Shown here: positions 52,530 to 64,000 of the stretch, piece by piece
Numbering within the stretch: position 1 is the first letter of the stretch
Layout of the letters: each line of letters starts with the position of its first letter
Notes under the pieces: generated by a model
The model's database searches: none
Told to the model about the DNA's origin: nothing
Seen by the model: the letters and a program-made list of their open reading frames with translations, nothing else
Assembly (NCBI GenBank): GCA_026023565.1
Contig: JAPETS010000002.1
Location: 1,054,001 to 1,118,000, forward strand
Direction of reading: 5' to 3'
Source: Cirrosporium novae-zelandiae
Lineage: Eukaryota
DNA: 64,000 nt
Position numbers and translations under genes: made by a program

Positions 52530-54776
52530 TCATTTCACTTTACTCATAATAGTCTCCGCCCCCCTCTCCACATGCACCCCCGCCGCCCTCGCCTTAACCC
52601 CACTCAACATAGCCCTCTCAAAATCATCCCTCGCCCTCAAAACGCTCTCCACCCAACTCAACTGCAAATCCCAATACTCGCGCTTAAAGTTCTCGTACAG
52701 ATCCACCACCTCCTTCCGATCCGCCTCCAGCAGCCGCACCAGCCAGTCCACCACCCGCCACTGCTGGCGTATGGCCTCAAAGTCCGGGTATTGGTTGAAG
52801 AATTCGAAGACCGTGATGACGTCGTCTTTGAATTTTTCGTTGAAGGGTTCGCTGCGCCGGAAGCGGGCGCCTTTGTTGCGGACGCTGAGGAGGTAGCGGA
52901 CTAGGAGTTCGTCGGAGAATTCTTCGATGACGATGTCCAGGAGGGAGGGGTGGATTACCGCTTGGTAGTCACCGATGTAGTCGGAGAAGGTGGATGTGAT
53001 GCGCTTCATGCCGAATTCTTGGTACCAGCGTGGGGTGAAGAACTCCGGGAGGATGGTGCGGAAGTCGACGGCGAAGATTAGGGAGACGAAAACTGTGATG
53101 CAGTGCGTGCTTAGATCGACGTAGCCGTCGCGGAGGTTTTCGACTTCGTTGGTGGCTTGCAGGAGGTAGCTGGAGGATACGTGTGGTTCAAAGTCTGTGC
53201 GGAAGCGGGTGAGGTACCCCAGGGTGCCGGCGGCCTCGTTGTCGTCGATGCAGGCGATTTGGTCGTTGGCGAGTGCGATTAGCCAGTCCTGCAGGCCGCT
53301 CATGCCGTCGGCTTCGCTCGTGGGGTCTTTGTACTGCGCGGCTTCGTCGTCGAGGAGTTTCTGCCATGAGGTCTGGCGTGACTTTAGAGCACGGAACATG
53401 GCGTCCACCACACCCTCCATGACGTCGGTGCGCTCGGCCGTGGCTGCGAACGACGTCTGCTCGTGCAGCATGCGCCACATGTCTGCGAGGGTGTTGCGGC
53501 GGAAGTAGCCGTTCTCGTCTTGCTCTAGACTGTCCGGGGAGCGTTCCAGGAGGTTTTTTTTGTCCGCCGTAAACATTCGCTCCATCCAATCGTTGACCGT
53601 CTTTACGATTACTTGACGCCATTCGCGGACGAGCTCTTGTTCTCGGTTGTCGAGGAGTTGGGGTTCTAGGTCTGGTTCTTTCCAGCCTAGTTTGGCCATC
53701 TTTGCGTAGTACTTTTCGCTCCAATGGATGATAGCTAGCATCTGCGGGGGGGAGAGGTCTGGATCCGAGACGAATTCGATGAGCCAGTCGTGCATTAGGG
53801 TGTGGTATATGTTGCTGTAGGTTTTGAAAATCTGCCATTTTTTGGGCATCAATCGCACCATGCCCATTTTTACGGCAAAGAGGTCGTTGAAGAACCATTT
53901 GAGGTCTTTTACGAGCTTGTCTGGGTCCTGGAGAAATTCTTCTTTTGCTTCTTTGAACTGGGCTTCTGCGTAGAGCTTGATGCACCCTAGAAACTTTTCT
54001 TTGTAGCCTCGTAGCTGCTTGGGGCCGGCCTTGATAGATTTGAACCGGGATGCTAGCTCCTTGTGGTCTTTTTGGGCATCTTGCAGCGCTTTTACTTGGT
54101 TGTCGTTTTTTTCTTCCTCTTCCACGATTACGGCCAGTCGGACGATTAAACTACTGTTGTCCCCCTGGACGTGTTGAATGAGCCGGGTGCATATGTTTCC
54201 GATGTGTTCGTCGAACCAGTCAACGACGTCGTCCAGTCTGTTGAAGATTGTTTCCAGCTCCCCTTCCAAGGAAGAATCTCCGACTTTCCGAAGCTGGTCT
54301 AGAATCTCATCCCGAGTGTTTCGTAGCTGGGTTAGGCCGTAGTGTATTTCGAGCAGGTTGGGTTGGTTGTCCAAATCATTGTCGTCCTCCCCTAGTAAGC
54401 GTTCGATGTTGTCTAGTTTGGTAGGAAAGGACTCGATCTGAGATTTCATGGTTTCGACTTGCGAAAAATTTCGATGCACTCGAGACACCAGGTTGATGTT
54501 GGGAAAGTCTCCAATCATATTCTGAGCTTCAGCACATAGTCTGTCAATCTTCATCATCTCCTCCTTGATCTGATTGACTATTCTCTGGCCATCGCCAATA
54601 GAGGTCATGCCCCCCTGAGTCACATCCAGCTGTTCTTTCAGACCCATCTTAAGCTGTCCATCTATAGCTGCTTTCTTGCGAGTAAACTCCGATTTTAGAG
54701 CGGGGATCTTGTCCAAGTCTTCAGGATGCCGGAGCATCTCCGCCAACTGAATTGTGACGGTGTCTGTGTCTGCCAT
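52530..54776 (-). CDS. SEC6: Exocyst complex component Sec6 (single exon, 748 aa)
   Basis: LAEMLRHPEDLDKIPALKSEFTRKKAAIDGQL, NFSQVETMK, MPKKWQIFKTY, LIALANDQI, YWDLQLSWVESVLRARDD; length typical of fungal Sec6. Confidence 0.95.
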   Translation of the reverse strand: MADTDTVTIQLAEMLRHPEDLDKIPALKSEFTRKKAAIDGQLKMGLKEQLDVTQGGMTSIGDGQRIVNQIKEEMMKIDRLCAEAQNMIGDFPNINLVSRVHRNFSQVETMKSQIESFPTKLDNIERLLGEDDNDLDNQPNLLEIHYGLTQLRNTRDEILDQLRKVGDSSLEGELETIFNRLDDVVDWFDEHIGNICTRLIQHVQGDNSSLIVRLAVIVEEEEKNDNQVKALQDAQKDHKELASRFKSIKAGPKQLRGYKEKFLGCIKLYAEAQFKEAKEEFLQDPDKLVKDLKWFFNDLFAVKMGMVRLMPKKWQIFKTYSNIYHTLMHDWLIEFVSDPDLSPPQMLAIIHWSEKYYAKMAKLGWKEPDLEPQLLDNREQELVREWRQVIVKTVNDWMERMFTADKKNLLERSPDSLEQDENGYFRRNTLADMWRMLHEQTSFAATAERTDVMEGVVDAMFRALKSRQTSWQKLLDDEAAQYKDPTSEADGMSGLQDWLIALANDQIACIDDNEAAGTLGYLTRFRTDFEPHVSSSYLLQATNEVENLRDGYVDLSTHCITVFVSLIFAVDFRTILPEFFTPRWYQEFGMKRITSTFSDYIGDYQAVIHPSLLDIVIEEFSDELLVRYLLSVRNKGARFRRSEPFNEKFKDDVITVFEFFNQYPDFEAIRQQWRVVDWLVRLLEADRKEVVDLYENFKREYWDLQLSWVESVLRARDDFERAMLSGVKARAAGVHVERGAETIMSKVK

Positions 54777-55242
54777 GTTGAAGGTAATAGTCGTCCAGAT
54801 GACGACGTATTCGAGGGCTATATGTCGTGTTCCATAGTTTGTGGTTTGGAGACCTCCACGGTATGCAACTTAATTGAAGCTCATTCATCGGAGCTTGTTG
54901 ACGCCCATGGATGGTGCCCAGTGCACAGACCACCGCAGGTCTCAAGCTCCGAACATTTGATTGAATCTTCAATCTTGACCTTTGGGACTACCACACAATC
55001 TACATCTAACGCTTAGGAATAGGCAGGAATAGGCCGGAAGTGAGGCAGAAGAAGATTGGAATACCAAAGTATAAGATTAATGTCATAACATCATTGCTAT
55101 TTGCTAACTATGATTTAACAGTCAATTGGATTTGCGCCACATCCGATCAAACCTCCGCAAACCACTCTCTTCATCGCTCTCCCCTCATCGCTCTCCTCTC
55201 CTCGTCTACTGTCAAACGTCGAGCACTACGCTAAACTTTCGA

Positions 55243-55503
55243 ATGGCCTTTTTTAGAATTACTCTTGTGCGCTCGGCGATTGGGTTGCCTAAGAGAACCG
55301 CCGGTGTCCTAGATTCACTCGGATTGCGGAGAAGAATGAAGACGGTGTACTTCCCGGTCAGTCAAGATATTGCTGGAAAAATCATGAAGGTCAAGGAATT
55401 GGTTACAGTATCGGAAGTTGAGGAAGGATTAAGTCAATCAGAACTACGAGATATGAGGAGATCAGATCCTGGATACTACATTGAGAAAGCTGTTCCTAGA
55501 TGA
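55243..55503 (+). CDS. MRPL33: Mitochondrial large-subunit ribosomal protein uL30m
   Basis: [16 protein letters not shown]...[29 protein letters not shown]...DPGYYIE; divergent from SEC6 across about 470 bp. Confidence 0.93.
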   Translation: MAFFRITLVRSAIGLPKRTAGVLDSLGLRRRMKTVYFPVSQDIAGKIMKVKELVTVSEVEEGLSQSELRDMRRSDPGYYIEKAVPR

Positions 55504-56124
55504 TGAGACTATTGGGACTATTGGGACTATTCAAAAAGGCTATATCAAAAGGACAGGAAGTTGAGATTATGCCATTAAAAGATTATTGAAGAGATAAATG
55601 ACTTTGTACACAAGGATAATGGCGTCTGGGAGTATAAAATATCTGGGCGGATTCATTTTCAAAGTGTAAAGGCTTTTTGAAGCCACTTTGAGCCTATATA
55701 TCTATTTGTTATATAGACCCTAGTCGGTTTCATTCACAACATTTCAACTATGATATCTTGAAGCCCTCAACAAAAGTTGTTAGGCGCATGATATCCACTC
55801 ATAAGCTCATGATGGTGGAGCGGGTGTCCGGATAAAGTGGCTTAAATGGTATCTAGTAAATCAGATAGAATCCTTTAGAGAGGCAGTTAATTATCTAAAG
55901 ATACGAGTCAGCCTTTGAAAATAATTCCACGAATCTGTTGTCCTGCCGCTTTAGTAATCTATTTATTGAGGGTTCTGAATCGGGAAGACCAAGGGTCCGG
56001 CCCACGGAATTCAATGATAGCATTGCTACCTTGAGAAGCGACTCACATGTTTATATCATTTATTATCTCCTAACTTATAATTCTCCACTCCTTTCTTCTT
56101 ACTTATATCTATCCTTGTCCAGTC

Positions 56125-57950
56125 ATGGGGAGCTCACGGTTACCCATAAGTTTGCGTGATAATATTGCTGCCGTCAGGTCAAGGACAAAGGGGCAATTAC
56201 TGAACATGAATCTCGAGCTGTAAATAAACCCCACTCTGATGATGCGAGATTCGAATCATCTAATCTTTACTTATCGCACTGACTTGATATCTATCTAGGA
56301 TCAAGAACGTCATTTTCATTCTCTTTTTATTAAGATGGACTCGAAAGTTCTTTCTTCAATTGAAAGGCCGAGGGATATTCGGTTCCGTCGCCGATGCTTA
56401 TAGGAACGTACGGAGGGTCTCCTATGGCTATGTCCTACGAATGCCTGGTGTAAGGAGTAAGGTACAAAAACAAGTCGAGGAGGCTATGACAAAACTAGAG
56501 TCTCAATTAATACCACAAGAACCTGGTTTTAATCGCTACTTGAGTCTCCCAAAGGAAGGATGGACGACAGATCAGGTCAGAGCCGAATTGGAAAAACTTG
56601 GACAAATGAAACATACAAAATGGGAGGATGGGCTTGTCAGTGGGGCCGTCTATCATGGTGGCGATGAATTGAGAAATCTTCAAGTCGAAGCATTTGGCAA
56701 ATTCACCGTGGCAAATCCAATCCACCCCGATGTGTTTCCAGGTGTGAGGAAGATGGAGGCCGAAGTTGTCGCAATGGTGAGCACCAGATGAAAAAAGCCG
56801 ATAACGAAAACTGACTGGATAGGTTTTATCAATGTTTCGTGCTCCTCCAGGTGCCGCTGGCACCACCACAAGTGGAGGGACAGAATCTATTCTGATGGCA
56901 TGTCTCAGCGCAAGGCAACGAGGATACTACGAAAAAGGAATTACAGAACCTGAAATGATTCTTCCGATAACTGCTCACACAGCCTTCCGCAAAGCAGCCG
57001 AATACTTTAAGATCAAAATGCACCTCGTCGACTGTCCTGCTCCCGAGTACAAAGTGAATACTCGGGCGGTTTCTCGGTTCATAAACTCTAATACTATTCT
57101 TCTTGTCGGTTCCGCCCCCAACTTTCCACACGGTATTATTGACGACATTTCTGCCCTCGCTCGTCTAGCACAGCGCAAGAAGCTCTGTCTTCATGTAGAC
57201 TGTTGCCTGGGATCCTTCCTCGTTCCTTTCCTCGAGCGCGCGGGCTTTGAATCTGATCTATTTGATTTCCGTCTCAAAGGTGTTACTAGTATTAGTTGCG
57301 ATACGCACAAATATGGCTTTGCCCCGAAAGGAAATTCCACCGTCCTTTATCGCAACCAGAAGCTTCGATCATACCAATATTACATCTGCGCTGACTGGCC
57401 CGGTGGTGTGTATGGCTCACCTGCCGTTGCAGGGTCGCGACCTGGCGCTCTGATAGCTGGTTGCTGGGCGAGCATGGTATCTCAAGGCGAAAGTGGCTAT
57501 CTCGGTGCCTGTCACTCTATTGTTGGTGCAGCCAAAAAAATGGAAGCAGCCATCCGCGAGAATCCAGCTCTCTCCGCCGATCTGACCATGATGGGTCATC
57601 CGCACGTCAGCGTCATTGCTTTTTACTCCAACACCCTTGATATCTATGATATCGCAGATGGCATGTCAGAAAAGGGATGGCATCTCAATTCATTGCAATC
57701 ACCTCCGGCTCTTCACATAGCATTCACGATGCCCATGGTAGCAGCCACAGATCGCCTGATTGAGGATCTAATAAAGACGGTGGAAGAGGAAAGAGAAAAA
57801 GAAAGAGAACTGCTTGCTGAAGGAAAGCCAAGGAAGGGTGCGAAGAAGGGAGACGCGTCAGCTCTATACGGCGTTGCAGGCAGTTTGCCAAACAAGGGTG
57901 TGGTGGTGCAGCTCACTAACGGGTTCCTAGATATGCTGTATAAAGCTTGA
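56125..57950 (+). CDS. DPL1: Sphingosine/sphinganine-1-phosphate lyase (PLP-dependent), 3 exons
   Basis: WEDGLVSGAVYHGG, ANPIHPDVFPGVRKMEAEVVAM, TSGGTESILMA, LHVDCCLG, SCDTHKYGFAPKG (PLP Lys), GSRPGA. Introns 56220-56298 and 56777-56822. Confidence 0.95.
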
Positions 57951-59002
57951 TCGCCATGTATTATATTTGTATTGTTATTGATATTGTTTTTAGCTGGGGG
58001 CTGTTTTGCTAGGAAGATGGTTAACTTCTTACCTGCCTACGGAACCCAAATGTCTAGTCCTAATTTTGCATGCCAGTGAGCCATCGGATTGGCAGTGTTT
58101 GAGTATGTATATTGTTTTTGTATATTTCAAGTAACCAATCACATGGTCGAGAATTTCAACACTCCAACACTCCAGTACTTCTCATTAATTCCATAATTAA
58201 TTATACCTACCCTCTATGTCCGTCATAGCTTTTAAGCGATACGGGGAAGCGCTTATGGTAAGCGGAAATAGTGGAGAAGGCTAGCTTTCAGTCTTATATT
58301 ACTACTTTCTAGCAATCAATCCAAAGGCAAAAATTGTCTCGAGTTCTGTCGTACAGACCCTACAATTAAGATTCCTAGCTGCAACGATATCAAAAAACTG
58401 AAGAGTATGATTAACTGATATATTAGATCGGCCGGAGTTCGTATAACACAGCATGCTCCTTATAGCTTAAGGTTTACTCGTTCAGCTGAGCCATGATTAC
58501 CACCACCAATCGAATAAAACAATTCTTTGGTCAAATATCGACCGCTACGAATCTCCTTGATGATTCTCCCTTTGGTACGATTACCACTAGTTCTGCAATT
58601 AACCGATTTCTAGGTGTAGTCATTGGGAATGTTTCCGTCATCATCAGACACGCATACGTGGATGCTACAAAGAAGTTATTAATGTTGCAGAAGTGACGAT
58701 AAGTAGTTGAATCTACCATGCAGAACTACGCGTGATATACGATTGGATCCATTCTTCGGGATTGAGCGTCGCTTGTTTCTGAATCTGCAGAATTGGTAGG
58801 GGTGGGTGGAGGGAAAGAGGAGTAATGCGCAAGCCTCATGAAAAAGAAATTATAAAAGAGATGACTAAAGCAATGGCAGAGCCAGCGTTGCCAGAAACCT
58901 TTCCCACACATAAGCAGCCATATTTGCATATTCTTCATACCACCCATTGTTAACCAGTTTTTAGCAGACATAGTTACTACAGTTATAACTGCCGTCTGCA
59001 AA

Positions 59003-60931
59003 ATGTCTCGTTCGTGTAAAAACGTTCCCTTTGTTTAACGGTTATTTCATCAGGTTAATGTCTATCTAGGCCTCAAGGTCGGCATTGTCGGCGGCGGGAT
59101 TGCTGGACTCTATGCCGCCCTTCTCCTCCAACGAGAAGGCCACTGCGTTCGCATCCTCGAGGGCACCAACCACGTCGGTGGGCGCGTTCACACCCATTAC
59201 TTTACCTCTGAAAAGGATCAGTACTACGAGGCTGGTGCGATGCGCATCCCCAAGTCGGATTTCCACAAAATTGTCTACCAACTCGTCGATTACATCTCAT
59301 CAGCATCTCATCTACCCCTGCACATGAAGGTCAACCTTATCAAATACGTCTTGACCTCTCCAGGAAACGACCTTTACATTAACGGCATCAGGCCTGGAGT
59401 AGAAGCATACTCTGTCATGCCTTCTAGCGTTAACTGGACCGTTCCTAGTAAATATAGTAACAAGACTGCCGAGGAGCTCATGAGGGAGGCCATTGGTCCT
59501 TTAGTTGAGGACCTCCAGAAGGACTTTCAGAAGGGTTTCGACAAGATGGTGAAAGAATTTGACAACTACACCTTTCGGTACTACTGCTCATTGGTTATGA
59601 ACTGGCCAGACGAAGTGATTGACTTTGTCGAGACCGTCACTTCTCAAACAAATCAGTTCACCCTCAGCGTCCCTGAGCTTGTCATGCAGAACATGGATTT
59701 TGATGAGAAGGAATGGATGACGGTTGATGGGGGGATGAGCCGCCTACCTCAAGCTATGGCTTACCTCGTCGGGTACAACAATATTACCTTTGGTGCGAGG
59801 GTCACCGCAATCGAGGCGATGGATAGCGGCGAGGTCCGCATCACCGCATCAGGGTATAACGGCTCCATCAGTGCGAATTTTGACCGCGTTATTCTTGCCG
59901 TCCCCCCCGCAGCGCTTAGGATGATTGGGGATCGTCCTCGCTGGAATGTGGAAAAAGAAGTAGCCATCCGCTCAATGCACTTTGAAGCGCTGTACAAGAT
60001 GGGTATGCGGTTCAAGACACGCTTCTGGGAGAGGATGAAGCCCAATGCCTCCAAAGGTGGACAGAGCACAACTGATCTCCCTATTCGATGGGTTGTTTTC
60101 CCTTCAAACGGTATCGGTGAAGACGGGCCAGGAGTTCTTCTCGTCTATGCGTGGTAAGCAGCCCGTTGTCGTGTAAGTTATCATGAATTGACGACCTTGC
60201 TTGTTTTCGTTAGGATGACTGATGCAGCAAATTGGCTCCCGCTTACGCCTCTCGAGCGACGTAGTCTCGCAATCCACTGCATCGCCGAGATGTACCAAGG
60301 CCAGTGGGACGATGACAAACAAATCAACGTATACGATTTACTCATTGAGACCTCTGATGCAGTTTGGTCAGCTTCCACCGCGACAGGCGACGCCATGTTT
60401 CTACCAGGGCAGTTCAGTCTGCGATTCGATGTCGCACGCAAGCGGGAAGGGAATATCTACTTTGCCGGTGAACACCTCTCCTACCACCATACTTGGATTT
60501 CTGGCGCTGCCAACTCGGCACTGTTTGTTGTGAAGGACATGCTCGACAACCAAAGCCTTGTTCCTCTGACAAAATCGGATAACTGCAGTCCGAAAAGCGC
60601 GGCACGGATGGTGGTTTCTACGCCCGGGATAAATGGTGTTGCTCCCCCTCTCATATCTGCATCCAATGACCCAGATCCCGCAAAAGTCCGCTTCAGTTTC
60701 AAATCCCACAACCCCATGTTCCTCAAAGATCGCTGGGGATCTTTCCAGGGTTGGCATCCTAATCCTAGGAACGGAGAACCGAGGATGCCTGGGTACAACA
60801 ACAACAGTCCTGAGATGGAATACAAATTCCCAACCCATTTGGGCATGTCAGATGAATCTATGCTTGGTGCAAAGATAGCAAGCTTGAAGGCTCCAAATGC
60901 AAATGGAGATGTAATGAAATTACGTGGTTAA
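59003..60931 (+). CDS. Flavin-containing amine oxidase / L-amino-acid oxidase-like protein, 3 exons
   Basis: 7-nt first coding exon (ATG TCT C), intron 59010-59069, then LKVGIVGGGIAGLYAA...E...VGGRVHTH, YYEAGAMRIP, GGMSRLP, KMGMRFKTRFWE, GGQSTTDLPIRW, IYFAGEHLSYHHTWISGA. Second intron 60154-60213. Confidence 0.92.
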
Positions 60932-63732
60932 GGAGTAAAGAGATGGATATTTATTTCCAAGCAAAGTACGCGTTTTGGTGTTTTTTAGAAACTCTTAAGA
61001 AGGTCAAAAAAAGGAAAGAAAGAGGGAGCTCATTCATATAAACCAATTTTAATTAGAAACAAATTATCAATTTTATTCATATAATTATAGACCCTTCTGA
61101 GGGTGGGTGTATCCCCCCCCTATTTTTTTTGGCCGAAATATTTAGTAATAGATAGGTATATGAACATGAAGAATAATTTTTGTGGGCCTTACTTGTACAG
61201 GAAAGTAAGAAAATATTTATCAAGTTCAAGTTCATAAGACTACGTGTGTCCTTGCAAATAATCTCAAGGCGTATCTCTATCGCATATGGTTTTATTGTAA
61301 CGATAAAAGGCAAGCCAACAAACACATCTTCTTCTTCCTCTTCCTCTTCTTCTTCTTCTTCTTCTTCTTACCTAACTTAAGTCAAAAAAAGGACGTGGAG
61401 ATATCCGCTACTACTTACTTGAGCGGATACTCACCCAGTGTTAGGATAATTAATATATTAACCTGGCTTGCGCTGTATGTAATAGGTTATTATTAATATT
61501 TCTTTTCCCCTCCCCCCCCCCTTTCTTTTTCCCGCACTCTATTTTGATATACAGTATCTGTAGCCCCCCGTCAATTGCTTAGGGGAGGAGAGGGGAGGGG
61601 ATATTCTATAAGTCTTCTACTCGAGTACTCGAGTAATTAGAAACGCTTAACTTGATAGAGAAGAAGAAGTTTTAGTAGAAAAGCTTTTGGGGTCGGGGGG
61701 GCTGAGCCTCGACCAAAAACCTCAGTAGAAAGAAAGAAAAACCCTCAAGTTACAAGTTCTCAAGTTAGGACCTACAGTACCTCAATCAAGTGTGTGCTTT
61801 CCAATAATTAGTAAGAAATTGTTTTTTTTTTTTTTATAATTAGAACCAGAACCAGAACCAGAAGCTTTAGAGCATATATAACTTAAGCGCCCCCCCCCCC
61901 CCCCCCTCAGTGGATATTCCCTCAGCATATTTATATTTATACCCCTTCCTACCTATAGATACTCCCCAACTCCCTCACTCTCTCTTTCTTTCTTTCTCTC
62001 CCTTCTTCTTCTTCTTCTCCTCCTCCGAGCCTTGAATATAAATACCCAAGTTATATAATAATATATAATGATAATTAGCAACTTCCTCGAAATTTTTAAA
62101 AAAAAAAAAAACTTGAAATTTTGGAAGAGCGGGGAGCTGGGTTTTGTGGTTATAGGTTGGTGGTGGTGGTGATGCTGGTAGTAAGTAGTGGTGAAGAATT
62201 TCAATTGTTTGGTTGTAGGTTGGTTGTAGGTTGGTTAGACTAAGGGCTAGATATTTGTGGCTAATTATAGACAAGTATGGGGTGGGGTGGGGTGGGGGTT
62301 AGTTTACGCGGGGGGCTATATGGGGGGGGGGTTCTGGGTGTTCTGGGTGTTCTAGGTGCTTGTTTATCCACCTCTCTCTCTCTCTTTCTCTAGCTAGCTA
62401 TCGAGAAACTTCCCTAACACTTGAAACACTCGAGTCCCCCATATCTTTTGTTTTTCCTTTATCTCTTTCTTTGTTTCGTTTTTAAAGTTTAATACCAGAG
62501 AGAAAGGAGAAGGGAAGAGAAGGGTTGTGTTGTCACTTACGGTAATCTAATAAATACAATCTGTGCTCTCTGTCTCAATCCATCCTTGTGTGTGTGAAGA
62601 AATGGGAAGAATGAGAAGAATGGGAATATTCCACAACCCCCCCCCCTACGACCGACCGACTTCACTGATTCGATTTTGAATTTTGAATTTTCAACCAATC
62701 TCATCATGTTCATTCCACATTCCCCTCAAGCTTCTTCAATTTTTTTTTTTTTTTATAATTATTTCAGTTTCGAGAAATGTTTTCGAAAAAGGGATAAATC
62801 TGGTCTGGTCTTGTCTAAGCTGCTTGGGTCGTGGTCTACATGTTCATCGGAATCGTGTCTAAGTTTGGGTGCGAGAGAGAGGCCCGAGAGGTGGAGTACT
62901 TTCTTGCGTTTGCTTTTGTTTCTTTGTTTCGGTTGGAGGTTTGTTTCTTGGGGAGGAGAAGAAGAAGAAGAAGAAGACGTTGGAACAGTTTAGGATAGAA
63001 AAGACGGAATGGGTACGTGCGAGAAGGGTTTGAAGGTTGTAGGGGGTATTTAATACCTACGTAGGTAGTTTATAGGTAATGGTTCATGGTGGAATCTCTT
63101 CTCCTATCTACATCCATACGCTCTGTTCTTTATATCTATTCTTTATCCATATCCACCTTTACTCTTGAGATTTAATTGAATTACATATTAACGAAACCAG
63201 ATTAGAGATTTCGCCTTTTCGAACCACAAACCACGAACCACAAACTATCGACCGAAGCATCTGCACCATCTGCACCATCTGGGAACTTCTTTTCTCTTCT
63301 TCTTCTTGTTTGGGGCCGGATACCGGTATACCAGTGTCCCTGGGATAAAGAAGTGAGCAAAGGGTATTATATGACTTTTTTTTTTCTGTTCATATATACG
63401 GAAAAGTTCGACTCTTCGGCCTGGCTGGATCTGGCAGCACGAGCATTTGGAATCGGTCTGATCATTTTTTCTCTTTTTCTGTTGTGGTATTACATTCGGA
63501 TTGAGATTGAGACAAGCAGAGAAGATAGGGAAAAAATAAAGAACAGGCAAGAACGAGAAGAAGGAAGCAGAAACGAGAACGAGAACGAGAACGAGGTCAT
63601 TTTTCCACAAAAGCGGTGGTGAGTGGTGGTATTCACCCATCTTCTTCATCCCATTCGTCCATCAATCCAATTTCTTATCCAATAACCCCCCTACACACAC
63701 AAACCCCAACACAAACCAACCAATCAACCAAC

Positions 63733-63984
63733 ATGTGCCACATAAACTGCTGCATCCGTTGTCATCGTGCCCGCTTCGTTTACTGCACCCCCGCCCGCGA
63801 ATGGATCCAGAATCCCTGTGAGATGGATGTTGAAATTGAAATCAGAATTGGGAATGGGGATGGTGTTAGGAGGAAGGGGGGTATGAGGGGAAGAAGGATT
63901 AGGAGGAGAGGGAGGAGAGTTGTGATTGTGAGGTGTCCGAGATGTGTTGCTTTGAGGGAGGCGGAGAGGAGGGTGAGAGTATGA
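63733..63984 (+). CDS. Putative small Cys/His-rich, Arg-rich protein (83 aa)
   Basis: AACATG start after a C/A-rich leader. MCHINCCIRCH...C...C...CPRC pattern. No homology established. Confidence 0.5.
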   Translation: MCHINCCIRCHRARFVYCTPAREWIQNPCEMDVEIEIRIGNGDGVRRKGGMRGRRIRRRGRRVVIVRCPRCVALREAERRVRV

Positions 63985-64000
63985 GTGTGGGTGGATGGGG

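Noticed and set aside
53188..53985. 265-aa alternative-frame ORF inside SEC6
   Set aside because: Shadow ORF caused by GC-rich codon usage; R/P-rich with no protein-like features.

Overview
Intron-rich nuclear DNA of a filamentous ascomycete (Pezizomycotina-type GTRNGT donors, CTRAY branch points, mostly 41-70 nt introns, microsatellite-rich intergenic DNA); the species cannot be named from the sequence. I built gene models by hand for about 15 genes. In order: a truncated unknown gene, an F-box/WD40-like gene, two cytochrome P450s, a divergent amidase + DUR3-type urea/solute transporter pair, a LaeA-like SAM methyltransferase, an RraA/HMG-aldolase-like gene, complex I subunit MWFE (NDUFA1), a PHD-MYST acetyltransferase (Sas3/Mst2 type), a VosA-like velvet factor, Sec6, mitoribosomal uL30m, sphingosine-1-phosphate lyase, a flavin L-amino-acid-oxidase-like gene and a small Cys-rich ORF. 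Two long gene-free stretches stand out: about 16.4-30.3 kb (decayed coding relics and old tandem duplications) and about 40.2-48.8 kb (upstream of the velvet gene). Best leads: (1) the amidase-DUR3 pair, with a GATA-rich shared promoter, a hairpin beyond each 3' end and two adjacent P450s, as a candidate nitrogen-scavenging cluster; (2) a helix-dense non-coding block at about 44.1-45.2 kb that may be a structured RNA; (3) splicing oddities: an apparent GG donor with a frame-shifted canonical alternative, a 4-nt microexon, a GC-AG intron and frequent AAG acceptors. I saw no tRNA, rRNA, CRISPR array or intact transposase. All calls come from manual reading; no database search or folding program was run.
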